Shown here: positions 24,407-36,660 of the stretch, one piece after another
Layout of the letters: each line of letters opens with the position of its first letter
Position numbering within the stretch: the first letter of the stretch is position 1
NCBI RefSeq assembly: GCF_006345805.1
Contig: NC_042997.1
Coordinates: 140,368,001-140,432,000, forward strand
Direction of reading: 5' to 3'
Source of the DNA: Octopus sinensis
Taxonomy: Eukaryota
Length of the DNA stretch: 64,000 nucleotides
Translations under genes and position numbers: made by a program
The notes under the pieces: generated by a model
Database searches by the model: none
What the model was told of the DNA's origin: nothing
What the model saw: the letters and a program-made list of their open reading frames with translations, nothing else

Positions 24407-24913
24407 CCGTAAATCCTCGAGTATAATCCGCATTTTTCCCCAAAATTTAAAGGTCAAGATCCCTAGTGCGAACTATATACGAGGTTAAAAGTGAAAAATA
24501 TTTTCTAAGCAATGTCTGAGTCTCTATTTGCTGTCCGGCAATGTTTATTCGGACGCATTTTGTGATGTCGGGCACGAAAATACCTTAAGCTAAGCCTGAA
24601 AGCAATGAGGTCATAAAAGAATCACGCATAACTTGCAGTGAGCAACATTTATTAAAATAAAAGTATTCAGAACACAGAATAACATGTAACAAAAGCAATT
24701 TGTCAACATATAACAGTTAAGAACATCACCATTATTGTATTACGCATGCGCGGAAGTGTTTGTTCGACTAGGTGCTGCTGGCTTAATTACGCACGACTCA
24801 AGTTAGAGAAGGGGCGCGTATTATACACAAGGTTTAGGTTTTTCAGAAGTACAGCCCCCTAAAAATCCCCTGCGTATTATACTCAAGGGCAGACTATACT
24901 TGAGGATTTTCGG
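24407..24913. mobile_element. Tc1/mariner (pogo/Tigger-type) MITE
   Basis: TA at both flanks; 25-bp TIRs ccgtaaatcctcgagtataatccgc and gcagactatacttgaggattttcgg (4 mismatches). Confidence 0.85.
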
Positions 24914-25223
24914 TAAACAGAAATGGCATTTAACATTTACAACAGTTTCGGTAGAATTTTACTTAATGCTGTCATAAAAGATAACCGAAACAGCTGCCGT
25001 AAATTTTAAACGTCATATCTTTTTACTTTATATATATATATCCTATGTCAAGGACCAACCCATAGGTCGGATCTATGGTCCAAATTGGATTTGGCACTCG
25101 CATATCTATCAAAACTTGCATCACTTAATGTTTTCAATGTTGCTTATTTCATTATGAGCTCTATGTTATCGTGTCTAGCCATTTCTGGTGTCCTACGATT
25201 GCTATGGCTTGATTCTATATATA

Positions 25224-25327
<104 letters not shown>

Positions 25328-25459
25328 CTTTATTCTTTTTCTCTTTTTACTTGTTTCAGTCATTTGACACACACACACACACACACACACGCATACACAC
25401 ACGCACACACACGCACACGCACACACACACACACACACACAACACACACACACACACAG

Positions 25460-25895
25460 AGGCGTAGGCATGGCTGTGTAGTAAGAAGCTTGCTTTCCAA
25501 CCATATAATTCAGGGTTCAGTCCCACTGCATAACACTTTGGGCACGTGTCTTCTAGTATAGCCTCAGGCCGACCAAAGCCTTGTGAAGATTCGGTTGATG
25601 GAAACTGAAAGAAGCCCGTCGGATATATGAGTGTATGTGTGTGTGTGTATGTGTGTGTGCGTGCGTGTGCGTGTGTGTGCGTGTGTGTGTGCTTTTGTGT
25701 CTGTGTGTGTTCCCTATCCCCGCTTAACAACTGGTGTTGGCGTGTTCACTTCCAGTAACTTAGCGGTGTGGCAAAAGACACCGATAGAATAATTACCAGG
25801 TTTTAAAAAAGAAAAATAAATAAGTACTGGGGTCGATTCTTCAAGGCGGTGCTCTAGCATGACCGTAGTGTAATGACTGAAACAAGTAAAAGATA
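25460..25895 (+). mobile_element. Family-B SINE, full length
   Basis: ggcgtaggcatggctgtgtagtaagaagc head, internal (TG)n, tail aatgactgaaacaagtaaaaga. Confidence 0.85.
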
Positions 25896-25899
25896 TATA

Positions 25900-26430
25900 T
25901 TTGTATGGTGAGCTGGAAGATGGTAGGTGGCCAGCACATAAACCCAAAACGAGGTTCAAGGACTGCCTCAGAATTGCTCTGACACAGACAGGAGTTTCAG
26001 TTGTTTTGTTGATTGGGAGAGAGTGGTTGTTCGGAGTTTCAAAGAGTGAAAATGAAGCACGATAAGATCACGAGAATGCTTAGAAAGAATGATCCTGTGT
26101 AAAATGAAGGAGTGCTACTTTTCATGTGTGTGATCTATGGGAGGAAACACTTGGCTAACCAAGTCATATAGGCTTGGTTAGCCATCAAAGAACTCACAGG
26201 AACCAACCACTTGCAAATTGTGATAGGCTATTGTTCAGAACAGAACACCTGCAACTTGTGGAAGGGTGTGCCTTTCAGTTGGAGGAATGAAAAGGCATGA
26301 CAAAAGAATTTATACTGTTGCACCTGTTTTCTCTGCCAGCCAGCATATGGGTGTGCAATGTGTAATACTATGTGCAGACCTTTGGCCGGATTCAAGAGTC
26401 ATACAATGGCCACAAATTGCATCATCAATG
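25900..26430 (+). pseudogene. RTE-clade LINE 3' end with C2H2 finger tail
   Basis: LYGELEDGRWPAHKPKTRFKDCL (RTE LYGEL..G.R..P..RFKD motif), followed by IGLVSHQRTH, GRVCLSVGGMKRH and CAMCNTMCRPLAGFKSH. Confidence 0.75.
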
Positions 26431-26885
26431 ACGTATTTCAATTTGTTTTTCTAGCAATGGCTTTGCTCGTGTACAAGGAAGTAGCTACTATATGTGTGTG
26501 CGTGTGTACGTGCATGTGTGTGTGTGTGTGTGTGTTGTGCGCGTGTGTGTGTGTGTGAGTGTGTGCGCGCGTGCGCGCGCGTGTGTGGTGTGTTAAATAA
26601 AATGAGACAACAAGCCCGGATACATGTGGTCTCATTTTATTTAACATATACATGCTCATACGATACCCGCATTACACTCCTCACTCATATTATTATTATC
26701 GAACCAAGAGTTTAACTACGGTCCTTTAATAGTACTTACATACCCTTACCTGCCACCCTGGGTCTTCTGGATACCAATACCTCTCAATTATACACACACA
26801 TGCACACACACATACAACACACATATCCACACAAATATGTATACATATGTGTGCGTGTGTGTGAATATATATATATATATATATA

Positions 26886-28436
26886 CTAGCAGTATCGCCC
26901 GGCGTTGCTCGGGTTGTAAGGGAAATAACTATATAAGCATTTTTAGAGAGTTATAGCCAAAAAATGCATTAAAAATTGAAAAAAAATTAAGGTAAATTTT
27001 TTTTAAATCGTTGACACATCGTAGATATTTTTAGAGAGTTACTTCCCTTATATAAAAGCGAAAAAAATGCATTAAAATGGAAAAATATGATGGTAAATTT
27101 TTTTTAAATCGTAGACTCATCGTAGACGCACGCTAATACCCAGAAGGGCTCGATATGAATCACGACTATAAGATACCCGCTTTTGGTTAAACTGCACCGC
27201 AAAATGTGGGAGTAGTTAGGAATCTAAATCGTAGGAGACAGACACACAACTTCACTCTTATATAAAGATGCTTTTTTTTTTCAGTCATAGAGTTAGATTT
27301 ATGAAGGTCTTCAGTAGAAAATCCTTCGAATTCTGACTCGCTGCTTGATATAATGAAATTCGTATCCATTTTTTGTCAGAATTAAAAATTTTGAAAATAC
27401 AATAGGAACAAATTTCGGAAAAAAATCTCCCATAATTCACCGAATTAAAATACACTTCGATTTTTGTACAAAACTGTAGTTGAAGTGTTTACGAAGTATA
27501 ATACGTGTTTTCACGAATGTACTAAAGAGATTTGCTCTGATATTCTCATTTAAATATGAATAGGTAAATTCGGGCGGCTTGGTAACTATATATAAGTGTC
27601 GTCTGTTTATACATAAACACTGTTTCATACTGCAATTATATATACATATATCTATATAAATATTATATAATAAAATATATACAGAGTAAAATAAAAACCA
27701 ATTTACCTTTTCTGTCCTCCGTGTGTCTTTGCAAATGTGTTGGAATGATAAGTGAGTTGTGTTTTTGCGCTTTTTTACTAATAACAAACACACACGTGTT
27801 TGTATGTAGTTGTATGTGTATGTAGTTGTATGTAGTTGTATATGTATGTGTATGCGTGTGTGTGAGGAATGACACACACACACTCACGCACGCACACATG
27901 TACATCAATGCTTTCGGAGTGATATGTTAAAATATTGAGTTTTCTCGAATTTTGTCTTAATTGGGGGTGAAATTGAAAGAAATATATTATGGCATGAGCG
28001 AATGGAGTACTTTGAAAAATCTTAGGTAAATTCTAATTGAAGAAGTTGTGTGAGGATTAAATGGTTATGTATTTATTTGTTTCTGTTTGCTGTGTTTTTT
28101 TATTTTTGAGTAGTGGTTAAACACTTTCAGTTTAGTCTTCGTCATATCAATCACTCTGTCGCTATTTACTTTCATTTTATTCGTTGCCCACTGTGTGTGC
28201 GCGTTTGCGTGTTGTGTAAACCAGACTAAGAAAAGCATTTGACACACACACCAGAATGTGAGTTTCTGTAAATTTTGCTTAATTGGAGTTTTAAATTTTA
28301 AAAAACTGGACCTGGCATGACGCGATGCATTGTACTCTTAAAAATGCCACAGGTAAATTGTAATTGAAGAAATCCTATATTGTAGATTTGTATAACTCCA
28401 AAGGGAGGCAGATAAAATCTGCCTTTTATAATAAGA
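26886..28436 (-). mobile_element. Composite non-autonomous Helitron H3 (inverted copy of H6)
   Basis: CTAG plus hairpin at 26886; inner 5' end at 27268; outer 5' end TCTTATTATAAAAGGC at 28436. Confidence 0.85.
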
Positions 28437-29930
28437 CTAGCAGAATTGCCCGACGTTGCTCGGGGCTGAATTGCTTGAAAGTACTGTTAATGATTGCACT
28501 GAATTCTGATGATTATTCAGGCAAATATTGAAATAAGCTTACGGTGGGAGATAAGGACTTAACGCCAAACGTGTGCCATTGCATTGTTTTGGGGGAACCA
28601 AATTTCTGATGAGCATTATAGGGGCACTAACTTTAAGTTTGAGAAAGTGGTGGTGGTAGTCCGGGGTGCTCAAAGGAATTGAGTACCTCTATTGGATAGT
28701 TGATGACGTCCTCTGGGTCAGGAGTTGTATCGATAGACTGATATACATCGACTTCCCCAGGAATGAGTTTTAGCATTTCATCATTAATATGGTGAACAGT
28801 TTTATTCCTCGGGGCCAGTATAGCCTTTTTGCCAATCCAATCCATATTCTGATAATTAGCTTGTAAATCGGGAACACTGCATCTCTGAGATCAGAAGGCG
28901 TCTTAACAATGGTACAAATGGAATCGATGGCAATATTACCATTTTCATCCCCTGGTATTTTGCCTTCGCCAAGTGCAAGGAGAGTGTGAGGAAATGCTGG
29001 TGATGTGATATTAGTCGCATATGAGCACGCATATTGGTGTGAAGTTTGAGAGTTACTTCCGTTTATTTTAAAAAATATGCATTAAAATGGAAAAAAATGA
29101 TGGTAAATTATTTGTAAAATCATAGACTCATCGTAGACGCGCGCTATTACCCAGAAGGGCTCGATATGAATCACGACTATAAGATACCCGGTTTTGGTTA
29201 AACTGCATCGCAAAATGTGGGAGTAGTTAGGAATCTAAATCGGAGTAGACAGACACACAACCTTTCTTTTATATATAAATACATACATACACACACACAT
29301 ACATACACACACATACACACACACACACATGCATACATACATATACACATAAACCGAGTAAAAAATTTCAGTTATCTCTCTCTTTCACACATTACTCTCT
29401 CTGTCTCTTCACACACATAACAGAAGCACTTCACTTACACAACATACTGTCTGTCTCCCACACTCCATCAAACACACACAACACACACACATGTACATCA
29501 ATGAGTCCCATGCACGGTAACTTGAAAGGAACTTCCCTCGTCATACAATCGCTTTCTCTTAGTCTCTTTCGCTCTCATTACTTATGTAAAAAAATAAAAG
29601 TTTTTCTATGTGTGTAAAGAGGAAGTGGGAAGCAGAGTGAAAGAATCACTCACTACAGTAAGTGAATTACTTTCATTTTATTCCTTGCCCACTGTGTGTG
29701 TGCGTTTGCGTGTGGTGTAAACCAGACTAAGAAAAGCATTTGACACACACCAGAATGTGAGTTTTCTGTAAATTTTGCTTAATTGGAGTTTAAATTTAAA
29801 AACTGGACTGGCATGACGCGATGCATTGTACTCTTAAAACTGCTAGGTAAATTGTAATTGAAGAAATCCTATATTGTAGATTTCTATAACTCCCAAAGGG
29901 AGGCAGAAAAATCTGCCTTTTATAATAAGA
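28437..29930 (-). mobile_element. Composite Helitron H4 with helicase fragment
   Basis: 3' cccgagcaacgtcggg..CTAG; ORF 28633-28845 KAILAPRNKTVHHIN..YPIEVLNSFEHPGLPP; inner 5' end near 29279; outer 5' end at 29930. Confidence 0.85.
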
Positions 29931-29946
29931 TATATATATATATATA

Positions 29947-31861
29947 TCTTATTATAAAAGGCAGATTTTGTCTGCCTCCCTTTGGGAGTTATAGAAATCT
30001 ACAATATAGGATTTCTTCAATTACAATTTACCTACCATTTTAAAGAGTACAATGCATCGCGTCATGCCAGGTCCAGTTTTTAAAATTTAAACTCCAATTA
30101 AGCAAAATTTACAGAAAACTCACATTCTGGTGTGTGTGTCAAATGCTTTACACCACACGCAAACGCACACACACAGTGGGCAACGAATAAAATGAAAGTA
30201 ATTCACTTACTGTAGTGAGTGATTCTTTCACTCTGCCTCCCACTTCCTCTTTCCACACATAGACACGCAAATATATAAATAAAATTGTAAGCTAACGTGC
30301 GTGTGTGTGAGTGTGTGTGTGTGTGTGTGCGTGTGTGTGTGTGTGTGTGTGTGCGTGTGCGTGAGTGTGTGACAGGAAAGTTTTTTACGACGAATATAAG
30401 ACCTATATCCAAGTAGCAGAAAGATAAGACAGTAAGGTGTGATTTGAGGGAGATTTGGCTGCTATTTCTACCATGTCTAGCTGCCATGTAGGGGTCTCCC
30501 TCATAGGCTCATACATACATATATACATAGATAAGACAGTAAGGTGTGATTTGGGGGAAATTTGGCTGCTATTTCTACCAGGTCTAGCTACCATGTAGAG
30601 GTCCCCCTCATTGGCTCATATATATATACATACATAAGACAGTAAGGTGTGATTTGAGGGAGATTTGGCTGCTGTTTCTACCAGGTCTGTTAGGCCTTCT
30701 CATGTAAACTCAAGCTTTCTCATGCCTTGAACATAAGACCAAAGCAGAGAATGTATTCTTTTATTCTTCTGCTTTTTCCAGCCATTGGTCTGTGGCCATG
30801 CTGGGGCAATGCCTTGAAGAATTGTAGTTTAATGAATCAACTCCAGTTTTATTTTTGTAAGCATTGTACTTATTCTATCTGTTTCCTTTGTCAAACCACT
30901 AGGTGACAGGGATGTAAACAAACCACATTCGTTGTCAAGCAGTGGTAGAGGACAATCACAAGCACAGACACGCACACACACACACATACATGCATACACA
31001 TATACACACATACATACATACATATATATATATGTGTGTATATATATATGCAGCATGGAAGGTGTTTGTAAGCCATTTAAGAAACACACAAAAACCGTTA
31101 CATTCACTTCAACATTTAATTTAATTTGCCAAAATATTTTCGTCGCTTTGAGACCGCGACCTGTTCACTGACAAAAATATCGTGCTAACAGGTCGCGGTC
31201 TCAAAGCGGCGAAATATTTTGACAAATTAAATTTAAATGTTGAAGTGAATCTAACGGTTTTTGTGTGTTTCTTAAATGGCTTATAAACACCTTCAACGCT
31301 GCAACTGTTTTCGTTCCAGCACACGATCTCAGATCAAGTCACTTGCTATGCAAGTACATCTCTGTAACTATATATATATTTATATATATATATATATATG
31401 TATATTGGTTAAAAACAGTAAGATAACAAAAGAAAGAAAGAGACCTCAAATTATGTAAATAGAGGAAATCTTTAATATAAAAGTGAGGTTGTGTGTCTGT
31501 CTCCTACGATTTAGATTCCTAACTACTCCCACATTTTGCGGTGCAGTTTAACCAAAACCGGGTATCTTATAGTCGTGATTCATATCGAGACCGTCTGGGT
31601 ATTAGCGCGCGTCTACGATGAGTCTACGATTTAAAAAAAATTTACCATCAATTTTTCCCATTTTTAATCCATTTTTGACATATATAAGGGAAGTAACTCT
31701 CTAAAATTTATTATTAAATCTCAGAACGTAAAAAGCTACAGTAACACCCCTCCCCCTTTGTGGTTAGCCATATTGAGATGGCTATTATACTTTACATCTC
31801 TAAATATGCTTATATAATTATTTCCCTTACAAACCCGAGCAACGCCGGGCGATACTGCTAG
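29947..31861 (+). mobile_element. Composite Helitron H5 (paralogue of H1)
   Basis: A|TCTTATTATAAAAGG..CTAG|T; about 1.45 kb of 3' sequence shared with 3402-4951. Confidence 0.85.
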
Positions 31862-31883
31862 TATATATATATATCTTATTATA

Positions 31884-33417
31884 TCTCTTATTATAAAAGG
31901 CAGATTTTATCTGCCTCCCTTTGGGAGTTATAGAAATCTACAATATACGATTTCTTCAATTACAATTTACCTACCATTTTTAAGAGTAGAATGCATCGGG
32001 TCATGCCAGGTCCAGTTTTTAAAATTTAAACTCCAATTAAGCAAAATTTACAGAAAACTCACATTCTGGTGTGTATGTCAAATGCTTTTCTTAGTCTGGT
32101 TTACACCACACGCAAACGCACACACACAGTGTGCAACGAATAAAATGAAAGTAAATAGACGAGTCAGAGTGATTTGAGTAAGACTAAACTGAAAGTATTT
32201 AAACCACTACTCAAAAATAAAGAAACACAGCAAACAGAAACAAATAAATACATAACGATTTACTCCTCACACAATTTCTTCAATTAGAGTGTACCCATGA
32301 TTTTTCAGAGTACTTCAGTGGGTGATGCCATAAAAAATTTCTTTCAATTTTACCACCAATTAAGACAAAATTCGAGAAAACTCAATATTTTAACATATCA
32401 CTCCGAAAGCATTGATGTACATGTGTGCGTGAGTGTGTGTGTGTCATTCCTCACACACACGCATACACATACATATACAACTACATACAAACACGTGTGT
32501 GTTTGTTATTAGTAAAAAAGGCGCCAAAACACAACTCACTTATCATTCCAACACATTTGCAAAGACACACGGAGGACAGAAAAGGTAAATTGGTTTTTAT
32601 TTTACTCTGTATATATTTTATTATATAATATTATATATAGATATATGTATATATAATTGCAGTATGAAACAGTGTTTATGTATAAACAGACGACACTTAT
32701 ATATAGTTACCAAGCCGCCCGAATTTACCTATTCATATTTAAATGAGAATATCAGAGCAAATCTCTTTAGTACATTCGTGAAAACACGTATTATACTTCG
32801 TAAACACTTCAACTACAGTTTTGTACAAAAATTGAAGTGTAATTTTAATTCCGTGAATTATGGGAGATTTTTTTCCGAAATTTGTTCCTATTGTGTTTTC
32901 AAAATTTTTAATTCTGACAAAAAATGGATACGAATTTCATTATATCAAGCAGCGAGTCAGAATTCGAAGGATTTTCTACTGAAGACCTTCATAAATCTAA
33001 CTCTATGACTGAAAAAAAAAGCATCTTTATATAAGAGTGAAGTTGTGTGTCTGTCTCCTACGATTTAGATTCCTAACTACTCCCACATTTTGCGGTGCAG
33101 TTTAACCAAAAGCGGGTATCTTATAGTCGTGATTCATATCGAGCCCTTCTGGGTATTAGCGTGCGTCTACGATGAGTCTACGATTTAAAAAAAAATTTAC
33201 CATCATATTTTTCCATTTTAATGATTTTTTTTCGCTTTTATATAAGGGAAGTAACTCTCTAAAAATATCTACGATGTGTCAACGATTTAAAAAAAAATTT
33301 ACCTTAATTTTTTTCAATTCTTAAGGCATTGTTTTGCTATTTTTTTGCTATAACTCTCTAAAATGCTTATATAGTTATTTCCCTTACAACCCGAGCAACG
33401 CCGGGCGATACTGCTAG
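31884..33417 (+). mobile_element. Composite Helitron H6 (paralogue of H3)
   Basis: A|TCTCTTATTATAAAAGG; inner 5' end at 33024; hairpin plus CTAG|T. Confidence 0.85.
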
Positions 33418-33607
33418 TAATATATATATATATATATATACATACATATATATACAAATATATATTAGATATATATATATATATAATATGTATATACATA
33501 TATATATACATATACATATACATATATACATATACACATATACATATATACATATACATATATATATATATATATGTATGTATATATGATATATATATAT
33601 ATATATA

Positions 33608-33651
<44 letters not shown>

Positions 33652-33678
33652 GATATATATAGATATATATATATATCT

Positions 33679-33990
33679 GGAGGCGCAACGGCCCAGTGGT
33701 TAGGGCAGCGGACTCGCGGTCGTAGGATCGTGGTTTCGATTCCCAGACGGGTGTTGTGAGTGTTTATTGAGCGAAAACACCTAAAGCTCCACGATGCTCC
33801 GGCAGGGGTGGGTGGGTGGCGATCCCTGCTGTACTCTTTCGCTGCAACTTTCTCTCACTCTTTCTTCTGTTGGCCTGCTCGCTTAACCAGCGTGGTGGCG
33901 TCATTGGAAGGCTAAAACAATTCGAAACGCATTGTGACCAGCGATGTGTAGCAACATCTGATAGCCTGGTTGGTCACGGTGATCACGGTG
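33679..33990 (+). mobile_element. tRNA-derived SINE, family C (truncated copy at 40203-40280)
   Basis: ggcccagtggttaggg A-box-like and ggtttcgattcc B-box-like head; inserted in (TA)n. Confidence 0.75.
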
Positions 33991-34004
33991 ATATATATAT
34001 ATAA

Positions 34005-35201
34005 CTAGCATTATGACTCGTTGTTGCCGGGTCATAGTGCCAGTGCATGTATATATGTGTATATATATGTATACATATTACATGTACATCTATATATATA
34101 TACATCTACACATAAAATACAAAATACAAAGTTATATCTTGATATCGCTAGTGATAACAATACTCAAAATATATAATAGACTGGAATTGTTAGCCCGTCC
34201 CTTGTAATTTCGATTAATTGTATCTTGTCCTCCCTCTTGTATAGAAGTGTGGCTACAATCCAGCCTACCTCTACTTCGGGCGGGGGGGGGGGAGTCATTT
34301 TAAATTTTTATCCGGCATGTCCTACGTCCCAGATATAAAGATAAAAATAAAATATTTCCACTTTGCAAGTTCGAGTCGAGTACTCCCTTATATATATGTA
34401 TATATATATATGTGTACATATTACATGTACATCTATATATATACATCTACACATAAAATGCAAAATACAAAGTTATATCTTGATATCGCTAGTGATAACA
34501 ATACTCAAAATATATAACAGACTGGAATTGTTAGCTCTTCTTTTTTCTCTACATTGTATACTTTATAGACAATAGTCTTTCTTTAATTTAATGTTTTATT
34601 ATCCATCTGGATTATTCCATTACTGCACGCTAATTATATTTTTAATTTATTCCCATTCATGTGAAACCACTTATTCAAGTTCAAATCATTGATGCAATTT
34701 TATACCAATTGCTATTTTTACTTTTGTATGTTACGATTATATTATACTTTAGTTTGATTTTAATTACGATTATATTATACTTTAGTTTGATTTTAATTAT
34801 TACTTACTACATAATTGTTATTATTATTTTTATTGTTAAAGTGAAAGCATCTGACATAAAATAGAGAAATATTTTTGTTTCACTTTAACACGTAATACTG
34901 AAATAGGGGAGAAAATATGATATTGCTATGGGCTCGCTCTAGGCAAGAAGTTGAACATTTTTCTTTGCCCATGAAACTACATGGACCCTAAGTAAGGCAT
35001 GTGTAAAATTTGAATGAAATTGGTTGTGTAGTTCTCAAGTTTTAAGGAATCGTAGTGGAGAAGATATGATATTGCTGTGGGCTCGCCCTAGGCAAAAAGT
35101 TAAAATTTGAATGAAATTGGTTGCGTAATTCTCAAGTTTTAGGGAAACACACAGACAGACAGACAGATACACATTCTCAGTTTTATATATATAAAGATAG
35201 A
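34005..35201 (-). mobile_element. Non-autonomous Helitron H7 (distinct family) with internal duplication
   Basis: 5' A|TCTATCTTTATATATATAAAACTGAG; 3' hairpin tatgacccg/cgagtcata then CTAG|T; about 135 bp duplicated (34060-34195, 34405-34535). Confidence 0.7.
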
Positions 35202-36098
35202 TTTAATATGTAATTATTTGAGAGTGTAAGAGAGAGAGAGAGAGAGAGAAGGAGATACAAACACACACACACACACACACATACGGATATGGAGAGAAAG
35301 TGATTAGTATTGTTTCTCAATTTGTGAATTCCTGTTCTCCGTATTTTAAGCCACAATCTGGTTGTGCATGTATGTGCGCATATTCGTGAGTGTGTTTGTG
35401 TGTGCATGTGTGTACGTACTTGTAAGTGTATGTGCGTAATTGTTTGTGCATTTGAGAGTGTAAGCGCATCTGTATGTATGTTAGTGAGTGCATGTGTGTG
35501 TATTTGTCAAAGTAAGTGTGAGCGTATGTGTAAATGTATTATGTGCGTATTTGAAAATGTGTATAAGAGTATGTGTGTGTATTTGTGAGTGTGTGTGTGT
35601 GTGTTTTGTGTGTGGGTGTCTGAGCGTGTGTATTTACGTGGGTATTTATATATATGAGTATATGTGTGTATATGCATTCTATGTCTGTAAAAATGAGAAC
35701 GAAAATGGCTGGGGAGATGCACCTAATTGGATTCCTGAACACAAATGATATCCAGTATCATCTATCTAACCAACTTGCCTATTTAGCTATGAAAGAGTCA
35801 AAGCACTGTACAAATATATAATTTACTTGGGGATTTGCATCATCGAGCAGCAGTAGAAGCGATCATTGACACAACCTTTTTAGAATCTATGTTTAGTACG
35901 AAACATACATGCCTATGTAACTGAGTACGTAAACATCCGACCTGTCAGAAATAGCAGCCAATTAACGGGGACGTAAAAACACCAACATCGATTGTCAAGT
36001 GATGTTAGGGGACAAAACAAGACACAAGCACACACACAGACATATGTAATGTTTGTGTGAATTTATATGTTTGTATGTATGCATGTATATATGTATAT

Positions 36099-36158
<60 letters not shown>

Positions 36159-36163
36159 GAGTG

Positions 36164-36207
<44 letters not shown>

Positions 36208-36213
<6 letters not shown>

Positions 36214-36660
36214 AATCCAAACGGGAAACAAAAGAACAACAACAAAGGAACAATTACAGTATTATTATTAATAGGCGCTCAGGAAAAGGAAGCAGGGAGG
36301 TATGACGTTTCGAGCGGAGCTCTTCGTCGGAAACATAAAGAAGGAAGAGAGAGGAAAGAAAGATCCCAGAGCGGGCAACAGGGAAAGAGAAAAAAGACGA
36401 CTGGTGTTTACGAGTAGCACATGTGTGAAAGGCGGATGTTTACGAAAACAGAGCAAAGTGGGTTTTTAAAGGCAAAAGAGTGGAGACAAGGTTGGTAACG
36501 CAACAGATGTGTGTGTATGTGTGAGTGTGTGCGTGTGCGTGCGTGTATGTGTGTGTGTGAGGCGAGATGAAAAAACAAAAAAATATATATGGTGTGTTAG
36601 TGTGTGCATCTGTGTGTAGGCGTGTGAGGTAGGGCGAGATAGTGGTCAGCTTAGCAGACA
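36208..36660 (-). mobile_element. PLE-type 3' terminal repeat with minimal hammerhead-like motif at about 36303-36331
   Basis: Minus strand ccgacga-a-gagc-tcc-gctc-gaaa-cgtc in a pyrimidine-rich tract ending in (TA)n; core has U4 changed to C and no clear stem I. Confidence 0.55.
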
